The notes under the pieces: generated by a model
Database searches by the model: none
What the model was told of the DNA's origin: nothing
What the model saw: the letters and a program-made list of their open reading frames with translations, nothing else
Shown: positions 25,193 to 35,207 of the stretch, piece by piece
Position numbering within the stretch: the first letter of the stretch is position 1
Layout: the number at the start of each line of letters is the position of its first letter
DNA from: a virus
Taxonomy: Duplodnaviria > Caudoviricetes
Reading direction: 5' to 3' (one strand)
Length of the DNA: 44,268 nt
IMG/VR virus record: IMGVR_UViG_3300031965_000061
Location: 1 to 44,268 of that record
Position numbers and translations under genes: made by a program

Positions 25193-27046
25193 TCATGATG
25201 AATCTTCAATCAGGCCGTGTCCGCCGGTCGCACGCATTCGCGCGAGAATCGCATTTATCGCCGTTGCATTGTCCTCCGCATTTGCACTTTCCTCAGTTGG
25301 TACATCTAGAATCATCGCGCCCTGCGCACCGACAACCTGCGTGCCGTTGACCTTGTAGACCTTGCCGCTGGCGACATCAACGTTGCTGACGAAATCGGCA
25401 TCGCCGGACGGATTAATGACCAAAGCATCCACGAAACTACCGCCACTCAGAGTCCGTATGGTCCGCTTGGCTGTTTCGCTTCCCGACGTTCGACTGACCC
25501 AAGCTACCTTGTCGTATGCGCAAATCGTGTTTACAGAAGCAGAATTTATAAGAGACCATCCAATGGACTCTTCCGTTGCAGCATTGTCCCAAAAATTCCG
25601 AAGGAGAAGGTGATGGGAATTGCTTGCGGTGTTGGTCTGATTCGCGTTGATCTGAGAGTTAGTTGCCATGATCGTGTTGACGGTGAAAAGACTATTCGTC
25701 ACCGTCAGCCGCGCCGTCCCGCCGGTTACGACCGCACACTGATCCGCGACAGGAAAATAAATGCCGGTGTTCGCGTCACCAATCGCCTGTAACGAACAGC
25801 TTGATGCTGAACCAAGTGGAGCAACAAACGCCGCATTTGCAGTCACGTTATTTGTCCCTGTAACGTCCGTTACGACAAAGGCGCCATGGTCATCAAACAT
25901 TAGCCAATTTTCTACCGCACCAGAAACCTTGATTCGCAGTTCTTGTGAATCACCATCAAGAAAAATAAGGCATGTGTTGCCGCCATTCACGTCATTGAGT
26001 AGTATACCTGGCAAAAATCCAGCTTTGACTTCTGCTACTTGCACAGGCGTGATATCGTCACCGGACGACGCATTTCCGAATGTGCCGGTTGACGATGCCG
26101 ATACAGTCGTAAAGCTACCAGCCGCAGGAGTTGTACCGCCGATGGTTGTTCCGTCAATCGCGCCGCCAGTGATCGCTACGCTATTAGCATTTTGTGTGGA
26201 GATGGACCCAAGACCCAGGCTTGTCCTAGCTGTAGCGCCTGATTCCGCCACCCATGTTGAACCATTTCCAACAACGAAATTACCGTCTGTCGTAGCAAGT
26301 CCGGCGATGGCAGATAGGTCGGCGTCAAAGGCCTGCACGTTGGTGCCGATTGCTAGACCAAGATTCGTCCGTGCTGCGCTGGCAGTACTCGCCCCGGTCC
26401 CGCCGTCTGCAACGGCCAAATCGGTAATACCTGAAATTGACCCACCTGTTATTGTTACGGAATTGCTGTTCTGCGTCGCGATGCTCCCAAGCCCCAGCGA
26501 TGCCCTCGCCGTCGCCCCGCTCTCCACAACCCACGTCGAGCCGTTTCCAACAATGAAGTTGCTGTCGGTCTTGGCAAGCCCCGAAAAAACCGACAATTGA
26601 GATTGCGCATTCTCCAATTCCTTGAACAATCGCCCCGCCAGCGCCGGAGGCAATCCCGTCCCCCGCCCCGTGTACGAGAACAACATCAATTCCGAGGCAT
26701 TTCCCGCCGTGAACTCGCACTTGCCCGTCTCCCAATCTACTCTAACGGAAGTGGCACCAATCGCGGCCGTGGGACTCGTCACGATCGACATCGCCTGAGA
26801 ATCCGAATCCCTGACGACAGTCAAGGAACCTGCCTTCGGAACGAAATCGAGAACCAGCGCATATTTCCCCTCGGGATCAGCCGATGCCGGAACGGTCCCC
26901 TGTTCATCCACCACCGCAAGCTCGGGCACAAACTCATTCGCGCGCGCCCGCATCTCCGGCCAATCGTTGAACACCGAACCAGCAGAGCCGTCAAACCCCG
27001 CCGGAAGTTCCGCCTTTGTGCCTGTCGTCCATGCCCGTGCCATCAC
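25193..27046 (-). CDS. Tail fibre/receptor-binding protein
   Basis: Duplicated repeat (F(I/V)VGNGSTWV.ESGATAR.SLGLGSI.TQN), DLAVADGGTGASTASAARTNLGL, YKVNGTQVVG. Confidence 0.8.
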   Translation of the reverse strand: MMARAWTTGTKAELPAGFDGSAGSVFNDWPEMRARANEFVPELAVVDEQGTVPASADPEGKYALVLDFVPKAGSLTVVRDSDSQAMSIVTSPTAAIGATSVRVDWETGKCEFTAGNASELMLFSYTGRGTGLPPALAGRLFKELENAQSQLSVFSGLAKTDSNFIVGNGSTWVVESGATARASLGLGSIATQNSNSVTITGGSISGITDLAVADGGTGASTASAARTNLGLAIGTNVQAFDADLSAIAGLATTDGNFVVGNGSTWVAESGATARTSLGLGSISTQNANSVAITGGAIDGTTIGGTTPAAGSFTTVSASSTGTFGNASSGDDITPVQVAEVKAGFLPGILLNDVNGGNTCLIFLDGDSQELRIKVSGAVENWLMFDDHGAFVVTDVTGTNNVTANAAFVAPLGSASSCSLQAIGDANTGIYFPVADQCAVVTGGTARLTVTNSLFTVNTIMATNSQINANQTNTASNSHHLLLRNFWDNAATEESIGWSLINSASVNTICAYDKVAWVSRTSGSETAKRTIRTLSGGSFVDALVINPSGDADFVSNVDVASGKVYKVNGTQVVGAQGAMILDVPTEESANAEDNATAINAILARMRATGGHGLIEDSS

Positions 27047-27056
27047 CGTCCCCCTT

Positions 27057-28166
27057 TTATCCTACCGCTTCCCAACCGATCTTCGCCCGCCTCAGCGCCG
27101 GGGCCGCAGTCGCCACCGCTCCCGCAGGCACGCTCCACCGCAGCCACACGCCCAGAAGTTCCCCATTTTTCAAACTGCCCCGCGTCAGCAATTCCTCTCC
27201 AGCCTCCCGAGGCACTCTCCACGTCAGCCCCGCGGGCGCCTCGAAGTCAGTCCCGCTCCACCCCGAGAACTCCCCGCTCGGCTGCGCGTCGGGATCCTCG
27301 AAAGCCATCGTCAACCCGGGCCACGGCGCCAGCACATCCGTCCCCGCGCCCGCCCGCGCCGAAGTTCCGCCCAATGCCCGGCCCGCCGTCGGCACCGTCA
27401 GCGCCGTCCCAGACCTCGAGGAGTAGTACGCCAACTCCCGCGCCGATCCATCTGCCGACACAATCAGCACCCACCCCTGCTGCGGCCAACTCGCAAACGT
27501 GCCCGGCTGGCCGCCCCCCAGGGTGATCGTGCCCGCGCCGCTCGCCCCCAAGTTCCCCGCGTGCGCCCCATCAGCACCGTCCACCACCGTCGCCCCCTCG
27601 ATGCCCTCCAGGTATCCCTCCAATTCATAAGCGATCACTCCCAGCACGTTCTCGTTCCGCACCACGATCAGCCGATATTGTTCCAGCCCGGCCGCCGCCT
27701 GGGCAGATGTTACTGGGTCCATGCCCACCGAATTCTGGAACACATCGCCCAGCTCGACGGCCATTGAACCCGACAGCGCACTCGCGCTCGTCCGCGTCAC
27801 GCGCACATAGCGGCCCGGCAAATCCGAGGGGTCCAAGCTCCCGAGAACCAATCCGCTTTCGAGTACTTTGGTCTGCCCGTTCGAAATCGCCACGCCCGCC
27901 CCGAAATCACACCCCGGCGCCGCCCACCGAACGGTATCATCATCGACAGCCTCTATGGTTCCCGTGCCCGCGCCGTTCTCCCCTGCGGCAAAATCGAGCT
28001 GCAGACCCGGAATTGTCACCGCCACGAACATCGCTAGAAATTCCGCCTCGCTCGAGCTGCGAAACCGCCCGAGGCTTTGCGACGAATCAGCCTGCGCGGC
28101 CCCATCGCTCGATGCGCCGCTCAGGTAAATCCGCAGGCCGTCTGCCCTGGTTTTGATGTCGCCCAT
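27057..28166 (-). CDS. Putative minor tail/virion protein
   Basis: Gly/Ala-rich ORF in the tail operon. Confidence 0.55.
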   Translation of the reverse strand: MGDIKTRADGLRIYLSGASSDGAAQADSSQSLGRFRSSSEAEFLAMFVAVTIPGLQLDFAAGENGAGTGTIEAVDDDTVRWAAPGCDFGAGVAISNGQTKVLESGLVLGSLDPSDLPGRYVRVTRTSASALSGSMAVELGDVFQNSVGMDPVTSAQAAAGLEQYRLIVVRNENVLGVIAYELEGYLEGIEGATVVDGADGAHAGNLGASGAGTITLGGGQPGTFASWPQQGWVLIVSADGSARELAYYSSRSGTALTVPTAGRALGGTSARAGAGTDVLAPWPGLTMAFEDPDAQPSGEFSGWSGTDFEAPAGLTWRVPREAGEELLTRGSLKNGELLGVWLRWSVPAGAVATAAPALRRAKIGWEAVG

Positions 28167-28687
28167 TATGCTTCACTCACCGTCAAGTCGCCCGCCGCCA
28201 CCGCCAGCGAAACGAGCGGCACGTCGGGCACCCGCACCACCATGGCGCTCGTCTCCGCCGCCAGCAGTTCCTCGCCCGCCGCGTCGATCGCGTACACCCT
28301 GGCGGTCACCACCGTTTCATCCGGCAATCCCGTCAGTCGGAATTCCCAGCCGTCCCGCGACCCATCATCATTCAGGTGCCCCACCGCCTCGAAACCCTCG
28401 CCGATGTCCCGCTCCACGCGGTACGCCACTGCGTTCGCAACATCCAACCAGCGCAGAGTCAGCGCCCCGTCGATGCCAGGCGCCGGCGCCGGATGGTCCT
28501 CCGTGTCAAACACCGCCACCCGCGTCGGGACCGTCCGCTCCACGATGTCGATGAAATCGGCCGTCTGCGTCCCCAGGAAAATCCCGTCGACGTAAATCCA
28601 GTACGTCACCGGGGGAGTGGCATCGCTCTCCCAGAGGACGCGGGTGATGAACCCATTGACCCGCTCTGTCCAGATCCGCGTGATCAC
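28166..28687 (-). CDS. Putative virion protein (FN3-like)
   Basis: LTLRWLDVANAVAYRVER...LTGLPD...ARVYAID is FN3-like. Confidence 0.55.
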   Translation of the reverse strand: MITRIWTERVNGFITRVLWESDATPPVTYWIYVDGIFLGTQTADFIDIVERTVPTRVAVFDTEDHPAPAPGIDGALTLRWLDVANAVAYRVERDIGEGFEAVGHLNDDGSRDGWEFRLTGLPDETVVTARVYAIDAAGEELLAAETSAMVVRVPDVPLVSLAVAAGDLTVSEA

Positions 28688-29083
28688 TCAGACCACCTCC
28701 ACGATCAGCTCGGTCCACAGGTGGAAATTCCCCGTCGCCCCCGAAGTTACTGCCGCGACAAGCTCCCGGGCGTGACGGACCTCCCACACAAAAACACTGA
28801 ATACGATCCCCGTTCCATCCGTAAGGAGGGCGATGGAGGCTTGCAGGTTCGTAAACGCCCGTTTTCCAGTGGTCCGGTTGGCCGCCGTCGTGTACGTCGT
28901 CAGGCAGCGGTACACTCCCGCCGCCGGCTTCCGCCCAATCTGGCGGTAGTCGTGCCCATCCGAGCCGGGGCGAGAGAGCACCTCCGGGCGCATTCCCGCC
29001 TCGATGACGGGAACCTCCCAGTTGCCGATCGCGAAGCTGATTGACCCGATGCCGCCTGCCATTTCACCCTGCCTCGTTCTCAA
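28688..29083 (-). CDS. Putative distal tail protein
   Basis: Small ORF downstream of the tape measure; SRPGSDG motif; assignment is positional. Confidence 0.5.
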   Translation of the reverse strand: MRTRQGEMAGGIGSISFAIGNWEVPVIEAGMRPEVLSRPGSDGHDYRQIGRKPAAGVYRCLTTYTTAANRTTGKRAFTNLQASIALLTDGTGIVFSVFVWEVRHARELVAAVTSGATGNFHLWTELIVEVV

Positions 29084-29106
29084 ATCCTTTTCGAGAGGTC
29101 ATCCAC

Positions 29107-29364
29107 ATGAAACACGTAGCCGGGCTTTTCATCACACTGGCCTGTTTCGCCTCTGTCGCCGCTGTTTACTGCATTTTTGCTGGCGATACGGCTGCCGCCT
29201 CTTCTTGTGCCACTGGCGCTTTTCGGTTCTTCCTCCTTGGCCTCATCTGCCATGGAATTGACGAAATACAATCCTTCATCAGTTGCTCATGTGCCGATTC
29301 ACCCCAATCGTCGCCCCGCTCTTCGAGTTCATCTCGCGAATGGAAACTAACACCTCCTCATTGA
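29107..29364 (+). CDS. Small two-TM membrane protein on the opposite strand (moron-like)
   Basis: GAGAGGT RBS; two hydrophobic segments; antisense to the tail operon. Confidence 0.45.
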   Translation: MKHVAGLFITLACFASVAAVYCIFAGDTAAASSCATGAFRFFLLGLICHGIDEIQSFISCSCADSPQSSPRSSSSSREWKLTPPH

Positions 29365-30826
29365 TCGACACCAACCTCTCCATCAATTCTTCCACCCGGA
29401 CTCCTGCCTGGGTTTCTCCCGCGTCTGTAATGTGAGAGCGGAAATTCCTTCCCGGCTCAAGTCCGGCGGCTTTCACAATTCCGACGTTTTCTCTTATGCC
29501 TTCCAATCTGGAAGACCCGGAACGAAGTCCAAATACAGACGCCGCTGTTTCGGGATCGAAACCCATACCAGTGGCCCGGTTGAAAGCAAAGCGCCTTGGT
29601 GCGACATTCAGAAAATTCAACTTTCCGGGACGCTCTAACAAGGTGTTGTATTCACCCTGAAACAATTGTCTTCGTAAGTCGAAATTTTCTCGTTCAGATC
29701 TGATTTTGTCACGCGCCACTGCGCCACTGGCAATCGAAGCAGCGCGTCGACCGCGGGCCGTCATCATTCCTTCTTCAAGACGTTGCGCAAAAATATCCTC
29801 TCCCTCCACACCAGCAAAAAACTCCTCACCTGTCGCCAGAGGCCGCTCCCCTAGAAATGCACCCACTACCGGCCGACGGCGAGCAGGGATACCGCGCAAG
29901 TCACCACCAAAAAGCGCCGCCTTCCGTTGTTCTGGCGTCAAGCGCCGGAATGCTTCTTCAGCGTTTGCTGGCGGCTTCACAGTCCAAACACGATTGCGAG
30001 CTGTCGCCTCCGCATCGACCTCCCCTTCCTCCACATCAGCACCAATCGCTTCGATCACACCGCGCAATGCTCTTGTTCCCTGTTCACTACGCTGCGCAGC
30101 CGCGCCCAATCCCACAATCTCCGCACCAGAAAACACCCCCAACTCCTTCATCTGCTTCGCCTGAGTCATGAACTCGCCAATGTTGATTCCCATGCTGCGA
30201 AGCTGAAGTGCCGCATCACTCAGATCGGCCGTGTTTAGTCCCCCGAATATCTCGCTCAACTGCACCATCTGCACGACAAATTCATCCGCGTCCGGAACAA
30301 TCGCCTTCGCATTGGCCGCGCGCTCGGTAAACTGAAGCACCTGTTCATTCGCCAAGTTCGGCTTCGCACCACGCGCCGCAAGCGCGATATCCAGCCGTTC
30401 TTGGCGTGTCGCCAATGGCGTTTCGAGAGCCTCCAACTGTCGCATCAATGCCGAGCCCATCGCAGGCCCGCCAAATTCCAGCCGCATCGAATCCTGAATT
30501 CGCTTGCTCGAACGTTCCGCATTCTCAGTTGCCAGTTTCATCTGGCGATCCATCTCCTGGCGAAACACACTCGCCAGTGCACCAACCGAAAGAAGACTGG
30601 CGCCAATGCTCAAGACTTTAGCATTCAGCGCCCCCACCACCTTCTCCGCTCCGCTCAACTCCCCCCTCATCTTCCGCCCGGAACTCTCCCCCCGATCCCC
30701 CGCCCGTTGCGCGCTCTTCCCCAACTCCTCATACTTGTTGATCACAGACACAAGACCGGCCACCGCCTTCGCGGCATCCGCGGAAAGCACAAACTGCACA
30801 TCAGTCTTTGCACCGCCTCGGCTCAT
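29279..30826 (-). CDS. Tail tape measure protein (short, 515 aa)
   Basis: Follows the frameshifting chaperone; N-terminal VLSADAAKAV; helical and Ala/Gly-rich. Confidence 0.7.
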   Translation of the reverse strand: MSRGGAKTDVQFVLSADAAKAVAGLVSVINKYEELGKSAQRAGDRGESSGRKMRGELSGAEKVVGALNAKVLSIGASLLSVGALASVFRQEMDRQMKLATENAERSSKRIQDSMRLEFGGPAMGSALMRQLEALETPLATRQERLDIALAARGAKPNLANEQVLQFTERAANAKAIVPDADEFVVQMVQLSEIFGGLNTADLSDAALQLRSMGINIGEFMTQAKQMKELGVFSGAEIVGLGAAAQRSEQGTRALRGVIEAIGADVEEGEVDAEATARNRVWTVKPPANAEEAFRRLTPEQRKAALFGGDLRGIPARRRPVVGAFLGERPLATGEEFFAGVEGEDIFAQRLEEGMMTARGRRAASIASGAVARDKIRSERENFDLRRQLFQGEYNTLLERPGKLNFLNVAPRRFAFNRATGMGFDPETAASVFGLRSGSSRLEGIRENVGIVKAAGLEPGRNFRSHITDAGETQAGVRVEELMERLVSINEEVLVSIREMNSKSGATIGVNRHMSN

Positions 30827-30890
30827 TCAACCCTGCTCCACACCGCGAATTCGGCCAGCGTCGGCCAGTATCCCGTCCCAGTTCTCTCCA

Positions 30891-31622
30891 TCATTCGGAG
30901 CCACCATCGCTCCTCTTTTTTTTTACATGCTCCAGCGCACCAGGCTCGTCAACAATTGCCCCCAGCGCCTCGCGCATCCGGTCATCGCGCACCAGACCCA
31001 GCAGGTTCGCTTCCGCAATCTCCACGCGATAGTTGATTCCCAACGCCCCAACGATCATCTCAAAGGATTCCACCCAACTGATCGCCGCATCAGGATAGGC
31101 AACCTCACCATCTCCCTTCACATTCAGATACAGGAATTCGAAAAGCCGCTCCCCCACCGCAGAGAAATCCGCGAATTCCTTCAACACCTCGCCTTCAAGC
31201 ACACCATCCCTCAACCGCAGCGTCATGGGCAATGCTGTTCCTGCAGGAAACTTCCGCGCCATTGGAATCAACCATTTCCGCTCGTCACCCATCCGCACCA
31301 AATGCCCATCAATCATTCGCCTGCGCTTCAACTCCTCCGGTGTCGTCTCCCCCCATTCCGACATCCAGCACTTCACGGTAGGAGCCGGATTCTCAATGCG
31401 CTCCTCCCACTGCAAATACGCCAGCGGAACATCCTGCAGCTTCACCGGCCCCCTGCCGTCCTCTGCCAGGAGCAACCCGCGAACGGTTCCCTCCCCGCCC
31501 CCAACTCTCTCCGCCGGCAATTCCACAGACACGCTGGTTGGCGCCTCCAGCACGCGCGAAAGCCCCGCCGATTTCACTATCTCGGCAGGGCCGCCCGCGT
31601 CCTCCACAAAGTAAACGATCAT
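30891..31622 (-). CDS. Tail assembly chaperone (gpG-like); -1 frameshift extension to 30823
   Basis: Lies between tail tube and tape measure; slippery GTA AAA AAA AAG near the 3' end. Confidence 0.75.
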   Translation of the reverse strand: MIVYFVEDAGGPAEIVKSAGLSRVLEAPTSVSVELPAERVGGGEGTVRGLLLAEDGRGPVKLQDVPLAYLQWEERIENPAPTVKCWMSEWGETTPEELKRRRMIDGHLVRMGDERKWLIPMARKFPAGTALPMTLRLRDGVLEGEVLKEFADFSAVGERLFEFLYLNVKGDGEVAYPDAAISWVESFEMIVGALGINYRVEIAEANLLGLVRDDRMREALGAIVDEPGALEHVKKKRSDGGSE

Positions 31623-31652
31623 CGTTTCCCTTTCACCTCATTCGGCACTTGC

Positions 31653-32540
31653 TCACGCGATTGCTTGGTCCGCCGTGTACGTCACGATTCCCGTCGCTCC
31701 GTCCTTCCGCGTGTCGATTCTCAGCCCCTTCGTTGCCGCGTAGTTCCACGAAACGTCCGTGTCATTCACCACGCCGCCCGCGACGCCGAACGCGATATGC
31801 GCCAGTTCCACATCTGCTTCCGGCCCGCCACCCGTTGCAATTGAGCGCAGGAACATCGTCGCATCCGTCAGCACCGCCGGCGCATCGTAGGCATCATCTG
31901 CATGCTCGATGTCCACCGTCGGCGCCTCCTGCTGCACCGACGCGAACTGCACGAAGGGCTTGCCGTTGTCAGTATCCTGAAAGAATTGGAAGCCCAGATT
32001 GAGCCGCCACGTCTTCACGCTGCTCAAGAGCGTGCTGTTGATGTTGACGCCGCCAAGCGTGAATGCCTGCCCCCACGGCGTGGTAATCGCCGGCAGCGCA
32101 CCCGTCGCCTTATCTACCGGATCCGTAAATCCGTCACTGGAAATCGGAATCACCTGCACTGTCGCCTGGCTCAATCTGCCGTCGTCGGCCGGAATCGCCG
32201 TGATTGCAATAATCCCGGCTGTCACCGTCCGCAGCAAATGCGTGGTGCCCGACGCCCTCGCCACTGGCCCCTGATCGGCGCTGATCAGAATCACCCCGCC
32301 AGAGATCGTCGAGATGTCCTTCGCCAGCAGCGTCACCGCGCCGATGATGCCGGGAATGTCGTGCGTCACGAACTCAAAACCGCGCACCTTGCGCAGCGTG
32401 GCCGCCACGGTCGGATACGGCCCGCCGTCCGTCACCGGAATCTCCACCTCGCCGTTTGGCGTCGCCCGCTGGCTTGCCGTGCCGGCCAGCACCGTCGTGC
32501 CGATCTTCACGGCATGCAGCGTGTACCTCTTTGCGCCCAT
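31653..32540 (-). CDS. Major tail (tube) protein
   Basis: About 295 aa, Thr/Gly/Ala-rich, upstream of the chaperone and tape measure. Confidence 0.65.
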   Translation of the reverse strand: MGAKRYTLHAVKIGTTVLAGTASQRATPNGEVEIPVTDGGPYPTVAATLRKVRGFEFVTHDIPGIIGAVTLLAKDISTISGGVILISADQGPVARASGTTHLLRTVTAGIIAITAIPADDGRLSQATVQVIPISSDGFTDPVDKATGALPAITTPWGQAFTLGGVNINSTLLSSVKTWRLNLGFQFFQDTDNGKPFVQFASVQQEAPTVDIEHADDAYDAPAVLTDATMFLRSIATGGGPEADVELAHIAFGVAGGVVNDTDVSWNYAATKGLRIDTRKDGATGIVTYTADQAIA

Positions 32541-32555
32541 TTCTCCGTCCCTCCT

Positions 32556-33047
32556 TTAGGTCGTCCTGAACCGTTTCTTCTTCGCCAGCTCGCCGCTCGA
32601 CTCCAGATGCCTCGCAGCGGTCTCCCTCACGATCTCGCCCAACTCCTCGGCTTCTTCCTTCCTCAGCGTTGTCAACTCCTCCGGGATGTTCGGCAGCTTC
32701 GGATTCTTCTTCACCATCTTCGCGTACCACGGCACGCGCATCGTCGCATGAACCCGATCGCTGATCGTTCTGACCGTCGCGCCGCTGATTGCATCACGCT
32801 TCAAGTCCCCCATCCACACCAGCGCCGGCGGCCCGCCCCTCCGCCGCTTGCGCTTCTGGTACGCGGCCGAACGAGACTTGAAGTTGTACCGCCGCGCCGC
32901 CCCCAGAACAAAATGCCGCGGCAACATCTGCCGGTGCCAGGTCTTCGCCGCTTCCCGCAGGCCGATCTTCGTCGAGGCGTTCTGGAATGACTTCAGGAAC
33001 TCATTCCAGTCCGGTCCATTTCCCTCTGTCTGGATCTTCACCGCCAC
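32556..33047 (-). CDS. Basic virion morphogenesis/tail-completion protein
   Basis: SAAYQKRKRRRG, LVWMGDLKR motif; position. Confidence 0.55.
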   Translation of the reverse strand: MAVKIQTEGNGPDWNEFLKSFQNASTKIGLREAAKTWHRQMLPRHFVLGAARRYNFKSRSAAYQKRKRRRGGPPALVWMGDLKRDAISGATVRTISDRVHATMRVPWYAKMVKKNPKLPNIPEELTTLRKEEAEELGEIVRETAARHLESSGELAKKKRFRTT

Positions 33048-33048
33048 G

Positions 33049-33555
33049 TCACGCCTCCAGTCCCCAGTTCACCAGGAAGCCCGCCACCACGAAATCCACG
33101 CCGCGCCCGCTCTCACTCACCTCGAAAATACCGTTCGAGTATGCCCGAATCCACGCGAACCCCTGCCGCTCGGCAATCTCCGTCATCTCGTCGAGAATCG
33201 CTCCCGTCTTGCTCTTCACATTTCGCAGCCCCGTCCGCTTCTGCGCCCCCGTCAACTTCTCCCACCGATCCGGAAGATCCTCCTCGAATACCACCATCAG
33301 CCGGCCATTCGGCACGAATGGAAACGGACTTCCACTGCGAACGACATCGAGCGAATCCGCACTCGGCGTCGTAACAATCGCCAAAGGCCGTGCCGATGTC
33401 GCATCATCAATTTCTTCCCAAACCCTCAGTAATGCGGCCGTTTGCTGATCCTCCTCCGGATCAAGAGGATCGATCCCCACCCACAACCGGAACGTCGCGC
33501 TCTTCGCCACGAGCGCGCGCATCTGATCCAGTGCAGTAACCCATGCAACGCTCAC
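33049..33555 (-). CDS. Putative tail terminator protein
   Basis: Size and position; RPLAIV segment. Confidence 0.45.
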   Translation of the reverse strand: MSVAWVTALDQMRALVAKSATFRLWVGIDPLDPEEDQQTAALLRVWEEIDDATSARPLAIVTTPSADSLDVVRSGSPFPFVPNGRLMVVFEEDLPDRWEKLTGAQKRTGLRNVKSKTGAILDEMTEIAERQGFAWIRAYSNGIFEVSESGRGVDFVVAGFLVNWGLEA

Positions 33556-33929
33556 CGCTTCCAGCCTCCCGCCCGGCCGCGCTCTTCAGCCGCATACAAC
33601 ACTGCTTCCACATGTAGCGTCCCCTCATTCTCCCCCGCCGTGCCCGTCACGATGAATTCCGCAGTGCTTCCGCGAAACGGCAGAACGATCGTGTCCTTGC
33701 CAGGCTCAACCGCTCGCGTCTTGATCAGCACAACCGCCTTCGCGATGATTGCCCGCCCATCGATCGTCCCCTCATACACGCGCGAATCAATCTTCGGCAC
33801 AGCCTTGATCGTCGTTCCGGGCGAAGCCCCACCGGCGCGATACTCGACATCCAAAGCGAGTGGACCCGCCAGGATCGCCGTCACCAGCGATCCATCGACC
33901 CCAAATATCTCCGCGCGCGTCGGGCTCAT
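33552..33929 (-). CDS. Putative head-tail joining protein
   Basis: 125-aa beta-rich ORF; assignment is positional. Confidence 0.45.
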   Translation of the reverse strand: MSPTRAEIFGVDGSLVTAILAGPLALDVEYRAGGASPGTTIKAVPKIDSRVYEGTIDGRAIIAKAVVLIKTRAVEPGKDTIVLPFRGSTAEFIVTGTAGENEGTLHVEAVLYAAEERGRAGGWKR

Positions 33930-34249
33930 CCCCCCCTCCCGATTGCGAGCAAGCCTTCCCTCAAATCGTCATTCTTCGTCATCAGGCGGAAGCCCAGGTT
34001 GGAAATCGCGAACAATCCAGATTCATTCAGCAGGTCCGATAAATACGCCATGTCCGCCCAGTCCTCGATCTCGAACAGCAGAACATCCGTCATCAAATAC
34101 CCCACATCAATAGCACGATCGGCAATCTGATAGGAAGCCAAGCCGGCAAACCTCGTCCGTGCTCCATGAAGGCGCAGTGGGCACGGCGTCAGCAGTTCCT
34201 TATACTGCTTCGTGCGCCGGGCGATCCGCTCGCATTCCTGGGCTTTCAT
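33926..34249 (-). CDS. Hypothetical protein
   Basis: Coupled ORF with GGAGG RBS. Confidence 0.6.
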   Translation of the reverse strand: MKAQECERIARRTKQYKELLTPCPLRLHGARTRFAGLASYQIADRAIDVGYLMTDVLLFEIEDWADMAYLSDLLNESGLFAISNLGFRLMTKNDDLREGLLAIGRGG

Positions 34250-34252
34250 CGA

Positions 34253-34591
34253 TCATCCTCCACCAACAAGCGTCTTGATCAGATAGCCGCCAAGTCCGCC
34301 GGCCGTTCCTGCAGAACCGGCAATCACCACCATGATCTTCACGAGCGCCTTGTTCAGGGCCTCCATCTTGTCGGAGATCGTGACATTCATTTCTTCCATC
34401 TGTTCGCGAAGAAGATGGACTTCTTTCAGGGATTCATGCCTCATCTTTTCCAGTACCCCCGGCTGTCCGTTTCCATCCAGACGCTTGCAAAGTCGATCCA
34501 ACCTTCCGTTGAGTTGTTCGAACAAGGATTCCAATTTGATCAGACGCTCCCGCTCCGAAAGCGGGAAAGGTGTCTCGTTGACCGACATCAA
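34253..34591 (-). CDS. Holin-like (XhlA-type) membrane protein
   Basis: Coiled coil, LDGNGQPG, single C-terminal TM segment. Confidence 0.5.
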   Translation of the reverse strand: MMSVNETPFPLSERERLIKLESLFEQLNGRLDRLCKRLDGNGQPGVLEKMRHESLKEVHLLREQMEEMNVTISDKMEALNKALVKIMVVIAGSAGTAGGLGGYLIKTLVGGG

Positions 34592-34608
34592 TCAATCTCC
34601 TCATGTCG

Positions 34609-34893
34609 TTACGGCACCGGCGACCCGGCCCTCTGTCCCGCCTCGAACATCATCTGCATCATCCGCACCTGCTGGCTCGAATTCTCCTCCGTCTGCCGCT
34701 CGATCCAGTATCGCTTCATCGTGCCGGTGCTTCCTTGATCCTGAACCTCCACAATGAAGCCATCCTTCCGATCCAGCAGCGGTGCCCCCGTCGTCTTCAC
34801 GACGACGCCATCAGGCAAATATACCTCGAACGTCGAGCACCCGATGCCGCTACCCATCAGCACCGCTGCCAGGACCGAAAGAATTCTCTTCAC
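34609..34893 (-). CDS. Predicted lipoprotein (spanin-like?)
   Basis: GTG start coupled to upstream stop; MKRILSVLAAVLMGSGIGC lipobox-like signal. Confidence 0.6.
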   Translation of the reverse strand: MKRILSVLAAVLMGSGIGCSTFEVYLPDGVVVKTTGAPLLDRKDGFIVEVQDQGSTGTMKRYWIERQTEENSSQQVRMMQMMFEAGQRAGSPVP

Positions 34894-35186
34894 GGCTCTT
34901 CCCTCACTACAAACTCCAGCACATACCTCTCGCCAGAATAGAAAACGCGGCCTTCCACGCCACCCTCCGGCAACCCGCCAGCCTGCTTGCGCAACACCTC
35001 TTCCGTCCACGCAGCATCGGCGGAAACATGCCAGACACCGTCAGCCGTCAGCGGAGGAACCACATTCAGCCGCGGACCAGTCGCGCAGCCCGTCATCAGC
35101 ACCGCGGCAAGAACCAATGCCACCAGTATGGCCGCCAGCAGAAGCATTGCACGCAGGCGTTCCATTTCAATCATCCTGGACATCAT
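34890..35186 (-). CDS. Predicted lipoprotein (spanin-like?)
   Basis: Hydrophobic signal ending LMTGC; AAGGAGG RBS. Confidence 0.65.
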   Translation of the reverse strand: MMSRMIEMERLRAMLLLAAILVALVLAAVLMTGCATGPRLNVVPPLTADGVWHVSADAAWTEEVLRKQAGGLPEGGVEGRVFYSGERYVLEFVVREEP

Positions 35187-35207
35187 TTCGACCTCCTTGT
35201 CGCCTGT

